A DNA stretch of 57,594 nucleotides from Chitinophagaceae bacterium (GTDB taxonomy: Bacteria; Bacteroidota; Bacteroidia; Chitinophagales; Chitinophagaceae). Of this stretch, positions 57,286-57,594 are shown piece by piece (position 1 is the stretch's first letter; the number at the start of each line of letters is the position of its first letter). The notes under the pieces were generated by a model. That model was not told the origin of the DNA and ran no database searches. It saw only the letters and a list, made by a program, of their open reading frames with translations. The translations under genes were made by a program, and so were the position numbers. Location: positions 1 to 57,594 of the forward strand of contig CANCRC010000001.1 in assembly GCA_947380435.1 (NCBI GenBank), read 5' to 3'.

Positions 57286-57594
57286 TTAATCGTCCGTGTC
57301 TTTTTTCGTGTTCGTCTTTAAAAAAGCAGCTCTTTTGGGAGCGGGTACCATGGCGCTTTCTCCTCTTAAACCCTTCCAAAGCACTTCATTAAAATCGTGG
57401 TCATTGATACTGTCTTCTTTTTTGAAATTAAAGGTTTCACTTTTTCTTTGCATGGCAGAACGAACCGTGTTTTTTTCATTGATGTCGAATTGTAAAGGCT
57501 TAGTAGTGAAGCCTTTAGCATTAGGTGTTTTGTCAAAACATCTCCATAAAGAACTGGCCCCTGCATCATATTGACTCATAGGAGGCATACCTAA
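57286..57594 (-). CDS. C-terminal end of a YncE-propeller/phosphoesterase (alkaline phosphatase superfamily) protein, truncated by the window edge
   Basis: LGMPPMSQYDA..LWRCF, KED...FNEVLWK and PAPKRAAF match the typical C-terminus of this family; frame is open to the window end. Confidence 0.7.
   Translation of the reverse strand, partial: LGMPPMSQYDAGASSLWRCFDKTPNAKGFTTKPLQFDINEKNTVRSAMQRKSETFNFKKEDSINDHDFNEVLWKGLRGESAMVPAPKRAAFLKTNTKKDTDD

Noticed and set aside
5567-57574. Short ORFs nested in or antisense to long genes (e.g. 8035, 13721, 15650, 26156, 36064, 43596, 47988, 57296)
   Set aside because: Shadow frames of well-supported genes, with no motifs or independent expression signals.
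1-57594. CRISPR arrays, tRNA/rRNA, IS elements, prophage or defence genes
   Set aside because: I saw no regularly spaced repeats, cloverleaf-like GC-rich segments, or transposase, integrase or phage motifs by eye. Small ncRNAs cannot be excluded without Infernal.

Overview
AT-rich, very tightly packed chromosomal region of a Bacteroidota bacterium. The gene families, TAnnTTTG -7 promoter elements and compaction suggest a streamlined Chitinophagaceae-like organism (inference). About 41 CDS, two of them truncated by the window edges. Most encode exported scavenging enzymes: GH33 sialidase, GH95 fucosidase, a GH36-like galactosidase, S9 and M14 peptidases, two D-aminoacylases and a serine hydrolase. 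Transporters are an SSS symporter, an MFS, VIT1, a MacAB-like ABC system and an Oar-like TonB-dependent receptor. I saw no rRNA, tRNA, CRISPR array, integrase or transposase. Most notable: (1) a four-gene operon of unknown function (50222-57180) encoding a Tat-exported NHL propeller with PAL-lyase-like catalytic residues, a DUF1549/DUF1553 c-type cytochrome, Tat-exported DUF1501 and a His-rich membrane/cytochrome c/LRR/glycan-binding protein; (2) a GC-rich in-frame 57-bp insert bounded by a 6-bp direct repeat inside the HEAT-2xDUF1080 gene; (3) a myo-inositol oxygenase with a Na+/sugar symporter; (4) two enzyme fusions, GntK-Gnd and an amino-alcohol kinase/phospho-lyase; (5) a Gfo/Idh/MocA + DUF1080 3-keto-glycoside module. 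All family calls come from motif recognition by eye; no searches were run.
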